Assembly: GCA_963765555.1 (NCBI GenBank)
Contig: CAVXWX010000007.1
Location: 2,313-66,312 of the forward strand
Length of the DNA: 64,000 nt
Reading direction: 5' to 3'
From: an uncultured Alphaproteobacteria bacterium
GTDB taxonomy: Bacteria > Pseudomonadota > Alphaproteobacteria > Rhodobacterales > Rhodobacteraceae
A program made the translations under genes and the position numbers. The notes beneath the pieces were generated by a model. That model saw only the letters and a program-made list of their open reading frames with translations. It was not told the DNA's origin and searched no databases. Positions 29,638 through 39,772 of this stretch are shown in pieces (positions within the stretch are counted from its first letter, which is position 1; each line of letters begins with the position of its first letter).

Positions 29638-30363
29638 TTAAAGCTGCGCCGCCGTGCGACGGACTGTTTCGATCCGTGCCGCATTCGGCGGATGTGTGCC
29701 CAAAAACCGATCTCCCGGGTCGGGCACACGGGTAAAAAACTCGGCCCCGCGCAACGGATTGTACCCTGCGCGCGCGGTGATAATCGTGCCCAGCGCGTCG
29801 GCCTCAAGCTCGAATTCCTTGGAGTAGGAGCGCGCGCCCACCGTCGCGCCCAGATCCTGCGCGGTTTGCACGCTGGCCGGATCGGCCCCTGTCAGGGTTG
29901 CAAGGCCGGCAAAGATCACCGCACCGGCCATCGCATTGTCGCGCTGGCGCGCCAGATGGCCCGCGATATGGTGGGCTGTTTCATGGCCCAGAACAAAGGC
30001 GAGTTCGTCTGCATTGCGCGCATCACGGATCAGCGCGATCGTGAAGGCCACAACCGGTCTGCCGTTTTTATCCAGCGTTTGGAACGCGTTAGACGGTTGC
30101 CCCGGACGATCATCCACAACGATCCTGAAATCACAATTTACGCCGCGGGTGCGCGCACGGCATTCCCGTTCGGCCACGGGTTCAACCGTGCTGACTACGC
30201 GCGCGAATGTGCGCCCTGCCGCATCCGCACTCAGCGCGGGCGCAACAGGGGCCGCCGATTGTGCCTGCCCTGTTTGGGATGTGGGTGTATTGGTGGTCAC
30301 GACCACCTCGCCGCACGCGGCAAGCGTGGCCAGAACCCCCAAAGACATCATCCAGTTTCGCAT
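29638..30363 (-). CDS. M48-family metallopeptidase, lipoprotein
   Basis: LAAC lipobox, NAF, LGHETAHH, YSKEFELEAD, THP. Confidence 0.88.
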   Translation of the reverse strand: MRNWMMSLGVLATLAACGEVVVTTNTPTSQTGQAQSAAPVAPALSADAAGRTFARVVSTVEPVAERECRARTRGVNCDFRIVVDDRPGQPSNAFQTLDKNGRPVVAFTIALIRDARNADELAFVLGHETAHHIAGHLARQRDNAMAGAVIFAGLATLTGADPASVQTAQDLGATVGARSYSKEFELEADALGTIITARAGYNPLRGAEFFTRVPDPGDRFLGTHPPNAARIETVRRTAAQL

Positions 30364-30469
30364 CGAGTTATTCCAAACATCTGTTGGTGCCATTTTAGCA
30401 CGCGTTGCATTGGCCGCCAGTCCTGATAACACAGGCGATGCTTCCGTTTGACACACAGAAAGGTGCGCC

Positions 30470-30709
30470 ATGTTTTCTATCGAACACGAATTTGACGCCA
30501 CCGTGATCACACTGGTGGACGAAGGCACCGCCCCCTTGCAGGAAGACGTTGCCGTCCACGCCTTTGAAGAATGCGTGACCATCGAACAATTTGACCCGCG
30601 CCGGGATGCGGTCACACGCATCACACTGTCCCACGTTCAGGTGCGCGATCTTGCTGCTGCGTTGAATTTGCCGGAAGGTGTGTACCGTTCGATGCCGAAA
30701 CGGGGCTGA
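30470..30709 (+). CDS. Small hypothetical protein
   Basis: 79 aa ORF with AAGG RBS and plausible codon usage. Confidence 0.7.
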   Translation: MFSIEHEFDATVITLVDEGTAPLQEDVAVHAFEECVTIEQFDPRRDAVTRITLSHVQVRDLAAALNLPEGVYRSMPKRG

Positions 30710-30747
30710 AATGGCGTTTGAGAAGAGAACAATAGCATGAGGTTAGC

Positions 30748-31860
30748 ATGAGCACGGGGTTTTTCTGGGATGAACGGTGTTTCTGGCATGGCGGGGGCAA
30801 TTATGCCTTTACGCTGCCGGTGGGCGATCTGGTGCAACCGTTGGCCGCTGGTGGAATTCCGGAAAATCCGGAAACCAAACGCCGCCTCAAGAACCTGATG
30901 GAAGTGACCGGCATTACCCACGATCTGGACATGCGTAGCGCGGAGCCAGCCAGCCGGGATGATCTGCTGCGGGTCCATCCGGCACATTATCTGGACGAAT
31001 TCAAAACGCTTTCAGATGCGGGCGGGGGCGAGCTGGGTTTGCGCACGCCCTTTACCAAGGGCGGATATGACATTGCCGCCCTGTCTGCCGGACTGTCCGT
31101 CGCGGCGGTCGGGGCCGTTCTGCGCGGAGAGATCGACAATGCTTATGCCCTGTCGCGCCCGCCGGGGCATCATTGCCTGCCCGATTATCCCAACGGTTTC
31201 TGTCTGATGGCCAATATCGCGATCGCAATCGAAAGCGCGCGCGCCAAGGGGCTGGGGCAGAAATTTGCCGTACTGGATTGGGATGTGCACCACGGCAACG
31301 GCACCGAAGCGATCTTTTATGACCGTGATGATGTCCTGACGATCAGCCTGCATCAGGAAGGCAATTATCCGCTGGATACCGGTGCGATCACGGATCGCGG
31401 CACTGGCGCGGGCGACGGGTATAATATCAACGTACCGCTGCCGGCGGGCACCGGCCACACCGCCTATCTGGCAGCGATGGACGAAATCGTGCGCCCCGCG
31501 CTGGACCGGTTCCAGCCCGATATCATCATCGTCGCCTGCGGTTTTGATGCATCCGCGATTGATCCGATGGCGCGGATGCTGGCCACGGCTGACACGTTCC
31601 GGCAAATGACATTGCGCATCAAAGAGGCCGCCGACACCCTGTGTGACGGGCGTTTGGTTCTGGTGCACGAGGGCGGATATTCCGAAGTTTACGTGCCCTT
31701 TTGCGCCCATGCGACCCTTGAAGCCTTGTCAGGCAGCAAACGCACCGCCCCCGATCCGCTGGCCAAAACGTTTGATGTGCGCCAGCCGTCAGCGCGCTTT
31801 GATGCGTTCCTGCGCGAACAGGTGTCGGACATGGCGCGGCAACTGGGGCTGGCTGGATAA
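30748..31860 (+). CDS. Class II histone deacetylase-family amidohydrolase
   Basis: RPPGHH, GFC, DWDVHHGNGT, GFDA, HEGGY. Confidence 0.92.
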   Translation: MSTGFFWDERCFWHGGGNYAFTLPVGDLVQPLAAGGIPENPETKRRLKNLMEVTGITHDLDMRSAEPASRDDLLRVHPAHYLDEFKTLSDAGGGELGLRTPFTKGGYDIAALSAGLSVAAVGAVLRGEIDNAYALSRPPGHHCLPDYPNGFCLMANIAIAIESARAKGLGQKFAVLDWDVHHGNGTEAIFYDRDDVLTISLHQEGNYPLDTGAITDRGTGAGDGYNINVPLPAGTGHTAYLAAMDEIVRPALDRFQPDIIIVACGFDASAIDPMARMLATADTFRQMTLRIKEAADTLCDGRLVLVHEGGYSEVYVPFCAHATLEALSGSKRTAPDPLAKTFDVRQPSARFDAFLREQVSDMARQLGLAG

Positions 31861-31863
31861 CCG

Positions 31864-33522
31864 TCAGGCAAAACTGCCCTGACAGAACCAACCTGCCGAC
31901 ATCGTACCACCATGCCCGTAAAACAGCCATAACCGTTCCCCGTTCTGGGTGGTGACAACCCAGTAATCACGCACACCGCTGCGCCAGTCGGGATCATCCA
32001 GCCACCATTCCGGCGCAATCCGTTCCGGCCCCGTGGCGCAGGCCAGATGCAGCGTGCGCCCGCGCCAGCGAAACGCGGCCGGCACGGCGGGTTGGTCCGG
32101 CGCGCGCACAGGTTCGGGGCGCCACATCAGCACCGGACGGCGCGGCCCCTGATCGGGCCAGTTCATATCGGCGGTTGACCACGCCGCCGCCATGATCTTT
32201 TGCGTTTTTTCCGGAATATGGCTTGCCGCAGGATGCAACCGCGTGATCACGTCAAGCCCGACCCGCGCCCCGATCCGACCGATCAGATCATCCAGCGCGG
32301 TGTTGGCGGCCAAACGCGCGTTCACTGCGCGCCCCGCTTCTAGATGACCCACCGCTGTGCGATTGTGCAACGCCTCTGTTTGCAACGCCTCGATGCGCAG
32401 CATATCGATCCCGAAACCGGCCTCGATCCGGTCCAGCTTCATCGCCAGCAGGGGGCGGATACGGTCGGGGCTGGACGATGCCCGTGCCAGCGCAACCTCG
32501 ACCGATTGCACCCCCTGATCGGCCCGGAACGCCTGCAACCGTACCACGCGCGCGCCGCGTTCCTTTGCCTTGAGTTGATCGCACAGTCGCGGCAACAACC
32601 TGTCCAGCCCCGCCATAAGATCATCCAGCAGGCCAATCGGGTCAGGCAATGTCATACGCACGGCAAAATGATCCGGTGCGCGTGCCGGTGAAATCGGTTC
32701 CGGTGCGCTGCCCATCGCCTGATCCAGCCGTAACACCAGCCCGCGCCCGAACCTGCGCGCCAGACCGGCACGTGGCTGGCCCAGCAGATCACCGATCCGG
32801 CGCAAGCCCAGACGCGACAATTGCGCAGCGGTGTCCCCGTCCAGCCTGAGCGCGGCAACCGGTAACGGGCTGAGCGCGCTGTAGTTTTGTCCGGCGGGCG
32901 CGATACATCCGTCACCCGATAAAGTGCCCGGTGTACCCACCGGTGCCGCCCCGCCCTTGGTCCAGTGCCGCCGTTTTCCGGCCCGCGAACGGGTGGCGCG
33001 CGCCTCTTGGTCGATAGCATCGCCATTGCGGTGCGATCCGCTGGTCTGCCCTGCATAGCGCGCCAGCGCCCATGCGGCCCCCAATGTGTCAGCAAGACCA
33101 CATCGCACATGCAATCCAAGATCGGCGCAATCGTCCTGAACCACCTGCAACAACGCCGTTTCCCCGCCAAACAAGTGCGCGCACCCTGTCAGATCGATCA
33201 CCAGACCGTCAGGCGGGTGTTCCGCGACCCACGGGCTGAACTTGCCCGCCCAACGTCGCAAAACAGTCAGAAACGCAGCTTCGCCCTCACTGTCCTGTGC
33301 CCGCGTTATCAGCCCCGGACACATGGCATGGGCATCGCGCACCGGTTGCCCCACCTTCAGACCCGCCTGCAACGCCTGCCCGTTCAGCGAGGACAGAACC
33401 TGCATATTCTGCGCCTCGGCCACCACCGCCAATGGCATATCCCACAGCCCGCGCGCACGGCGCATCAGCCGTTCGGCACCAAGGCGCGGAAACCACAGGG
33501 ACAGGACACGGGATTGCGGCAT
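31864..33522 (-). CDS. imuB: ImuB, Y-family polymerase-like mutasome subunit
   Basis: FSPWV, DLTGCAHLFGGE, LPVAALRL, RRFG...RLDQA.G, GPERIAPEWW, RDYW. Confidence 0.9.
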   Translation of the reverse strand: MPQSRVLSLWFPRLGAERLMRRARGLWDMPLAVVAEAQNMQVLSSLNGQALQAGLKVGQPVRDAHAMCPGLITRAQDSEGEAAFLTVLRRWAGKFSPWVAEHPPDGLVIDLTGCAHLFGGETALLQVVQDDCADLGLHVRCGLADTLGAAWALARYAGQTSGSHRNGDAIDQEARATRSRAGKRRHWTKGGAAPVGTPGTLSGDGCIAPAGQNYSALSPLPVAALRLDGDTAAQLSRLGLRRIGDLLGQPRAGLARRFGRGLVLRLDQAMGSAPEPISPARAPDHFAVRMTLPDPIGLLDDLMAGLDRLLPRLCDQLKAKERGARVVRLQAFRADQGVQSVEVALARASSSPDRIRPLLAMKLDRIEAGFGIDMLRIEALQTEALHNRTAVGHLEAGRAVNARLAANTALDDLIGRIGARVGLDVITRLHPAASHIPEKTQKIMAAAWSTADMNWPDQGPRRPVLMWRPEPVRAPDQPAVPAAFRWRGRTLHLACATGPERIAPEWWLDDPDWRSGVRDYWVVTTQNGERLWLFYGHGGTMSAGWFCQGSFA

Positions 33523-33534
33523 GAGATCACAAAT

Positions 33535-33549
33535 GTTCTATTTTTGTTC
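33535..33549 (-). promoter_or_regulatory. LexA (SOS) box upstream of imuB
   Basis: GTTC-TATTTTT-GTTC, exact alphaproteobacterial GTTC-N7-GTTC, 12 bp from the start codon. Confidence 0.88.
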
Positions 33550-33721
33550 TCACTCCTATCTAGATCGAGTCGCCGCGCAAGTCGAGGCCAGCTGGCACAT
33601 AACCCGTTCCATCAAAACCGACAGAAAATTGCGACTTGGGCCATTTTCCAGAAGCAAACAGTTGAAATAGCGCCGCGTTTGTCACAGGGTCGCCCCAACA
33701 GAAAAAAGGGGAGGATACATC

Positions 33722-34835
33722 ATGCGCACCCGTGCCGCCGTTGCCGTAGAAGCCGGTAAACCGCTCGAAATCATGGAAGTGAACCTGGAAGGCCCGCGCA
33801 AGGGCGAGGTTCTGGTCGAAATCAAGGCCACAGGTCTGTGCCATACAGACGAATTCACCCGCTCGGGCGATGACCCCGAAGGGCATCTTTCCCGCCATTC
33901 TGGGCCACGAAGGGGCCGGTGTTGTGCTGGAAGTGGGCGAAGGCGTGACCACGCTTGAACCCGGCGATCACGTGATCCCGCTATACACGCCCGAGTGCCG
34001 CGAATGCGAATACTGCCTGTCGGGCAAGACCAACCTGTGCCAGAAAATCCGGGTCACCCAAGGCCAGGGCCTGCTGCCGGATGGCACCACGCGGTTTTCG
34101 ATGCTGGATGGCACGCCGATCCATCACTACATGGGCTGTTCGACCTTCGCCAACCACACCGTCGTACCCGAAATTGCGCTGGCCAAGGTGCGCAAGGACG
34201 CCCCTTTTGACAAGATTTGCTATATCGGCTGCGGCGTTACCACAGGCATCGGTGCGGTGATCAACACCGCCAAGGTTGAAATCGGCGCGCGCTGCGTGGT
34301 GTTCGGGTTGGGCGGCATTGGCCTGAACGTCATTCAGGGCCTGCGTCTTGCAGGGGCCGATCAGGTTGTTGGCGTCGATCTGAACGACGACAAGGCCAAG
34401 GTCGGCACCTATTTCGGCATGACCGATTTTGTGAACCCCACCAAGGTCAAGGGCGATCTGGTCGCGCATCTGGTCGAACTGACGGGTGGCGGTGCCGATT
34501 ACACGTTTGATGCCACCGGCAACACCACGGTGATGCGCACCGCGCTTGAGGCGGCCCATAAGGGATGGGGCGAAAGCATCATCATCGGTGTGGCCCCCGC
34601 AGGTGCCGAGATTTCAACCCGCCCGTTCCAGCTGGTCACCGGCCGTGTCTGGCGTGGCACCGCCTTTGGCGGGGCCAAGGGGCGCACCGATGTGCCCAAG
34701 ATCGTTGATTGGTACATGAGCGGCAAGATCGAGATTGATCCGATGATCACCCACAAGCTGACGCTGGACCAGATCAACGAAGGGTTCGACCTGATGCACA
34801 AGGGCGAAAGCATCAGGGCGGTCGTCGAGTTTTGA
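33722..34835 (+). CDS. frmA: S-(hydroxymethyl)glutathione dehydrogenase/class III ADH, one frameshift near 33882
   Basis: GLCHTD, GHEG, C..C..C.......[17 protein letters not shown]. Confidence 0.93.
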
Positions 34836-35539
34836 GCCTGCGCGACCGGCCCCTATACGCGGTCCTGATTGACGCCGACAACATTCCGGCCAAGCACGCC
34901 GAGGCGATCCTGAAGGAAATCACCAACTTCGGGGAACCGGCCTTGCGCCGTGTGTATGGCGACTGGTCCAGTGACTTGTTAAAGGGCTGGCCCGACAAAA
35001 TCCGGGCCTTGGGGCTGGTCGCACATCAGGAAACCGCCAATTCGACCCGCAAGAACGCCACCGATATCGGGCTGGTGATCGACGCGATGGATATTCTGCA
35101 TTCGGGCCGGTTTGACGGCTTTGTTCTGGTGTCTTCCGACGGTGATTTCACCCGTCTGGCCAGCCGCATCCGTGAAGAAGGGCTTGAAGTCATCGGTATT
35201 GGCGAAAAAAAGGCGCCCGAAGCGTTTTTGAAAGTCTGCAACAGGTTCGTTCTGATCGAAAATATCTTGCCAGAGTCCGAAGCGCAACGCGTTGCGCGCA
35301 AACCTGCCAAGGATGCCCTGCCACTGCTGTTGAAAGCGATGAACCGTGTCGACACCGAGGATGAATGGTATCACTTGGGCCAGTTGGGGCAGGCCATTCT
35401 GGCGGACAATCCCGACTTTGATGTGCGCACCTATGGCGAATCCAAGCTGAGCGGACTGGTTGGCAAGCTGAACAAACTGGAAATGCGCAAAACCGGCAAT
35501 CAGCCGATGGTGCGCAGTAAGGCAAGCAGCACTAAATAA
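34832..35539 (+). CDS. NYN-domain protein with C-terminal OST-HTH/LOTUS domain
   Basis: LIDADN, RRVYGDW, KNATDI.LVIDAMD, SSDGDF; PDFDVRTYG..KLS.L. Confidence 0.88.
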   Translation: MSLRDRPLYAVLIDADNIPAKHAEAILKEITNFGEPALRRVYGDWSSDLLKGWPDKIRALGLVAHQETANSTRKNATDIGLVIDAMDILHSGRFDGFVLVSSDGDFTRLASRIREEGLEVIGIGEKKAPEAFLKVCNRFVLIENILPESEAQRVARKPAKDALPLLLKAMNRVDTEDEWYHLGQLGQAILADNPDFDVRTYGESKLSGLVGKLNKLEMRKTGNQPMVRSKASSTK

Positions 35540-35548
35540 GCGCCCAAG

Positions 35549-36166
35549 CTAGACACCATACCGCGCCAGAAACGTATCCACCGCGTTTTCAATGACTTGC
35601 TCGATCTCGGCCTTTGAAAATTCGGATTGAATGCCAAAAACGGCCCGTATCCACAGCTTTGCCTTGCACAATTCGGAAAACTGGTCTGCCGCCATGCCGA
35701 CGTCCTCAATCTTCAGTTCTCCCCTCTCGACCGCGCCGCGCATGTATTCCGCCAGCCGGTCATGCCCCATCTTGGGTCCGGCCGCATAAAACGCGCGCCC
35801 CAGTTCGGGAAACCTGTCCCGTTCCGCAACGCAGATGCGAAACACACTTTGCGAAAAATCCGACAGCAGGAATGGCACCAGCTTTGATGCCGCAACGGTC
35901 AGCGCCGTGCGCGGCTCCTTGCTCGCCTCGATCTGTTCGACAGCTTCGCTGGCCATGCGGTCACATTCGATCGTGGCCACTTCCATGAACAGCAATCGTT
36001 TATCGGGAAAATAGCTATATAGCGTTGCCTTCGACACACCGGCAGCCTTGGCAATGTCATCTACACTGGCGCCTTCAAAACCATCAGCCATAAACACCTG
36101 ACGCGCGCCTGCAACGACCTGCTCGTATTTGCGACCTTTGCGCACAATATCGACGGCTTCACCCAT
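35549..36166 (-). CDS. TetR/AcrR-family regulator
   Basis: GFEGASVDDIAKAAGVSKATLYSYFPDK. Confidence 0.93.
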   Translation of the reverse strand: MGEAVDIVRKGRKYEQVVAGARQVFMADGFEGASVDDIAKAAGVSKATLYSYFPDKRLLFMEVATIECDRMASEAVEQIEASKEPRTALTVAASKLVPFLLSDFSQSVFRICVAERDRFPELGRAFYAAGPKMGHDRLAEYMRGAVERGELKIEDVGMAADQFSELCKAKLWIRAVFGIQSEFSKAEIEQVIENAVDTFLARYGV

Positions 36167-36269
36167 GTTGTCTCCTGCTTTTATTCCTGTCAGTTTAAAC
36201 TGACGGGTTCACTTTCAACAACACCTCAAAATTGATTTCGCACTTGACGCACATTCGCAGCGCAATAAC

Positions 36270-36286
36270 ATTAGAACAATTCTAAA
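36270..36286. promoter_or_regulatory. Irr box (iron control element) upstream of mbfA
   Basis: ATTAGAA-CAA-TTCTAAA versus consensus TTTAGAA-N3-TTCTAAA, downstream of a TTGACG -35-like hexamer. Confidence 0.82.
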
Positions 36287-36301
36287 CTTCAGGAGCAGAC
36301 C

Positions 36302-37276
36302 ATGCGGTTTCTATCGCAGCGCAAACGATTTTCGGACCTGTCCGAGCAGGAAATTATCGCTTTGGCGATTTCGTCGGAAGAAGACGACGCACAGATTTAT
36401 CGCGGTTACGCGGAAACCCTGCGCGCCGATTTTCCCGACAGTGCCGCCGTTTTTGACGGCATGGCCAAGGAAGAAGACGGCCACCGTGCCCGCCTGATTG
36501 AATTGCATGAAAAACGGTTTGGGCCGACCATTCCGCTGATCCGGCGCGAACACGTGGCTGGATATTACACACGTCGGCCCGTCTGGCTGGTCGAGAACCT
36601 GGGGTTAGAGCGTATCCGCGCCGAAGCAGAAGCGATGGAACGCGATGCGGAACGGTTTTATCTGAACGCCGCCGCAAAAACATCTGATGCCGCCACGCGC
36701 AAACTGCTGGGCGATCTGGCCGCTGCAGAAGCAGGCCACCAGACCAAAGCGGTAGAGCTGGAAGGCCAGCATCTGGATGACAGCGCGCGCGACAGCGAAG
36801 ACGCCACCGCCAAACGCCAGTTCATTCTGACATGGGTGCAACCGGGGTTGGCAGGCCTGATGGATGGGTCGGTCTCCACACTGGCCCCAATTTTCGCCGT
36901 CGCTTTTGCGACCCAGGACACGTGGACAACCTTTCTGGTCGGGCTGGCCGCCTCGGTCGGTGCAGGCATTTCCATGGGGTTTACCGAAGCGGCGTCAGAT
37001 GACGGTGAATTGTCCGGGCGTGGTTCGCCTATAAAGCGCGGCTTTGCATCGGGTATCATGACCACGGTCGGCGGGTTGGGCCACGCCCTGCCCTATCTGA
37101 TCCCTGATTTCTGGACCGCCACAATCATCGCCTGCATCGTCGTATTTATCGAATTGTGGGCGATTGCCTGGATTCAGAACAAGTATATGGACACCCCATT
37201 TTTCCGTGCGGCATTTCAGGTGGTTCTGGGCGGTGCGTTGGTCTTTGCGGCAGGTGTGTTGATCGGCAGTGGCTAG
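36302..37276 (+). CDS. mbfA: Iron exporter MbfA (rubrerythrin-like plus VIT1 domains)
   Basis: ExxH di-iron motifs; QPGLAGLMDGSVSTLAP, GAGISMG. Confidence 0.93.
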   Translation: MRFLSQRKRFSDLSEQEIIALAISSEEDDAQIYRGYAETLRADFPDSAAVFDGMAKEEDGHRARLIELHEKRFGPTIPLIRREHVAGYYTRRPVWLVENLGLERIRAEAEAMERDAERFYLNAAAKTSDAATRKLLGDLAAAEAGHQTKAVELEGQHLDDSARDSEDATAKRQFILTWVQPGLAGLMDGSVSTLAPIFAVAFATQDTWTTFLVGLAASVGAGISMGFTEAASDDGELSGRGSPIKRGFASGIMTTVGGLGHALPYLIPDFWTATIIACIVVFIELWAIAWIQNKYMDTPFFRAAFQVVLGGALVFAAGVLIGSG

Positions 37277-37318
37277 GTGGGCTTGCAGGCAACGCACGCA
37301 AAATATACTGCATGACCT

Positions 37319-38245
37319 ATGGTCGAGATATTTCTGAAAACACTGCCGTTTTTTGCGCTGATCGGGCTGGGTTTTTGGGCTGGAAAAACGCGGTTTTTCT
37401 CTGAAGAAGCCACCGCCTATCTGACCAAGTTCGTGTTTTACTTTGCGCTGTCGGCGATGATTTTCCGCTTTGCCGCCAACCTGTCCCTGTCCGACGTTTT
37501 TGATGCACAACTGATTGCCGGATATTTGTGGGCCACTGCCTTTGTCTACGGCATTGCCACAATGGTGGCTTTTATCCGACGCCTTTCTATTGAAACCGCC
37601 GCGATCGAAGCGCAATGCGCCGTGATCGGGAACGTTGGATTTCTGGGCATACCCATGCTTGTGTTGATTTTGGGCCCGGCTGCGGCGGGGCCGATCATGC
37701 TGATCCTTGCGGTCGATCTGATCGTGTTTTCCAGCCTGATCGTGATCCTGATCACAGGCGCGCGCGACGGGCGGATGAGTTTGGGAATTTTCAAGACAGT
37801 CGGCATGGGCCTTCTGAAAAATCCGATGATCGTTTCGATTGTTCTTGGGTTGTTGTGGTCGTCTTTTTCGATACCGATCCCCGCCCCCATGAACGATTTT
37901 CTGGCAATTCTTGGCGGGGCCGCCACGCCGGGGGCGTTGTTTGCCATCGGAGCATCGCTGGCGTCCAAATCCGCCGAACGCATCGAAGTTGCCGCATGGC
38001 TCAGCTTTTGCAAACTGGTGTTGCACCCTGCATTCGTGGCTGTTGCCGTCCTTTTTATCTTTCCGATCGATCCCTATTCGGCCGCCGTCGTCATCTCGGC
38101 TGCGGCCCTGCCTGTGGCCGGAAATGTTTATATTCTGGCGCAACACTATGGCGTTGCGCCCCACCGCGTTTCGGCAGCCATCCTGCTGTCAACAACCGCC
38201 AGCATTGTAACTGTTTCAGTGGTAATCGCTTGGGTCGCGCCTTAA
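37319..38245 (+). CDS. AEC-family transporter
   Basis: GNVGFLGIP, KNPMI, KLVLHP, LPVAGNVY; about 10 TM helices. Confidence 0.88.
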   Translation: MVEIFLKTLPFFALIGLGFWAGKTRFFSEEATAYLTKFVFYFALSAMIFRFAANLSLSDVFDAQLIAGYLWATAFVYGIATMVAFIRRLSIETAAIEAQCAVIGNVGFLGIPMLVLILGPAAAGPIMLILAVDLIVFSSLIVILITGARDGRMSLGIFKTVGMGLLKNPMIVSIVLGLLWSSFSIPIPAPMNDFLAILGGAATPGALFAIGASLASKSAERIEVAAWLSFCKLVLHPAFVAVAVLFIFPIDPYSAAVVISAAALPVAGNVYILAQHYGVAPHRVSAAILLSTTASIVTVSVVIAWVAP

Positions 38246-38339
38246 CAACTCGGCTGTTCGCGACAATTACCTGCGGTTCAGCCCTTGCTGCGTGGTAAAT
38301 CACCCGATAGCGATAGGGGACACAGCAAAGGATGACAGG

Positions 38340-39173
38340 ATGAAAACCGTATCAGAAAACCGCTGCTTTGACGGCAGCCAAGGCGTTTACACCCATACAT
38401 CCGATGTCTGCGCCTGCGACATGACATTCGGACTGTTCCTGCCGCAAGAAGCGGCTGACGGTCCGGTGCCTGTGTTGTGGTACCTGTCGGGCCTGACCTG
38501 CACCCATGAAAACGCGATGGTCAAAGCGGGCGCACAAACATGGGCCGCCGAACAGGGCATCGCGCTGGTGTTTCCCGACACGTCGCCACGCGGGGACGAT
38601 GTAGCGGATGATGACGCATATGATCTTGGCAAAGGCGCTGGCTTTTATGTGGACGCCACGCAAGACCCGTGGGCACCCCATTTCCAGATGCACAGCTATG
38701 TCGCACAGGAACTACCCGCTCTTATTGGCGAACATTTCGCTGTCGATATGGACCGCCAAGCCATTACCGGCCATTCCATGGGCGGTCACGGCGCGCTGAC
38801 CCTTGCGATGGGCCTGCCCGAACGCTTCCGGTCTGTTTCTGCCTTTGCGCCAATCTGCAATCCAACGGCAAGCGATTGGGGGCGCAAACAATTGTCGGCC
38901 TATCTGGGCAAGGATCACAGCCTTTGGGCAGATCATGACGCAACACTGTTGATGCAAAAGACAGGGTTTGACGGCCCGATCCTGATTGATACCGGAACCG
39001 ACGATCAGTTCATCGACCTGCTAAAGCCCGAAGCCTTTGCCGCCGCCTGCGCGGAACGCCGGCAAGAGGCAACGTTGCGGATGCAGAAAGGGTATGATCA
39101 CAGCTATTTCTTCGTCTCGACGTTCATGGAAGACCACATGGCGTTTCACGCCCAAGCGCTTTATGCGGACTAG
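38340..39173 (+). CDS. fghA: S-formylglutathione hydrolase
   Basis: LSGLTC, PDTSPRG, GHSMGGHG, GYDHSY. Confidence 0.95.
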   Translation: MKTVSENRCFDGSQGVYTHTSDVCACDMTFGLFLPQEAADGPVPVLWYLSGLTCTHENAMVKAGAQTWAAEQGIALVFPDTSPRGDDVADDDAYDLGKGAGFYVDATQDPWAPHFQMHSYVAQELPALIGEHFAVDMDRQAITGHSMGGHGALTLAMGLPERFRSVSAFAPICNPTASDWGRKQLSAYLGKDHSLWADHDATLLMQKTGFDGPILIDTGTDDQFIDLLKPEAFAAACAERRQEATLRMQKGYDHSYFFVSTFMEDHMAFHAQALYAD

Positions 39174-39274
39174 AGGACCTACCCCATGCGCCCTGTCGAC
39201 CTGATCAGAAACGGGCCCGCCCCTGCAAGGCGGGTGACGGGTAAAGACGCCTGCAAGATGGAGCCCTGAACGAC

Positions 39275-39727
39275 ATGGCCATCTATGTCGATGCCGACGC
39301 CTGCCCCGTCAAAGCCGAAGCTGAAAAAGTAGCGACACGCCACGGCATGCAGGTTTTTGTTGTGTCCAACGGTGGCTTGCGTCCATCCCAAAACCCGTTG
39401 GTCCAGAACATTATTGTCGATGCAGGCCCCGATGTGGCCGACATGTGGATCGCCGACCGGTGTGGGGCAGGTGATGTGGTTGTGACAGGTGATATTCCGC
39501 TGGCCGCCAAATGTATCGAGGCCGGAGCCCGCGTTCTCAAGCACAATGGTGAAGCGCTGACCCGCGTGAACATCGGCAATGTACTGGCCACGCGCGATCT
39601 GATGGCAGATCTGCGCGCGGCCGATCCGTTTCGGGCTGGTGGCGGGAAAGGCTTTACAAAGGCCGACCGCTCCCGTTTTCTGGAGGCGCTGGAACGCGAA
39701 TTGCGCGCCGCAGCGCGGGGCGTCTGA
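39275..39727 (+). CDS. YaiI/YqxD-family protein
   Basis: [22 protein letters not shown]. Confidence 0.9.
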   Translation: MAIYVDADACPVKAEAEKVATRHGMQVFVVSNGGLRPSQNPLVQNIIVDAGPDVADMWIADRCGAGDVVVTGDIPLAAKCIEAGARVLKHNGEALTRVNIGNVLATRDLMADLRAADPFRAGGGKGFTKADRSRFLEALERELRAAARGV

Positions 39728-39772
39728 CCCGCATCACACAATCGCCATGACGGACTTTGAAAGCAGGACAAA

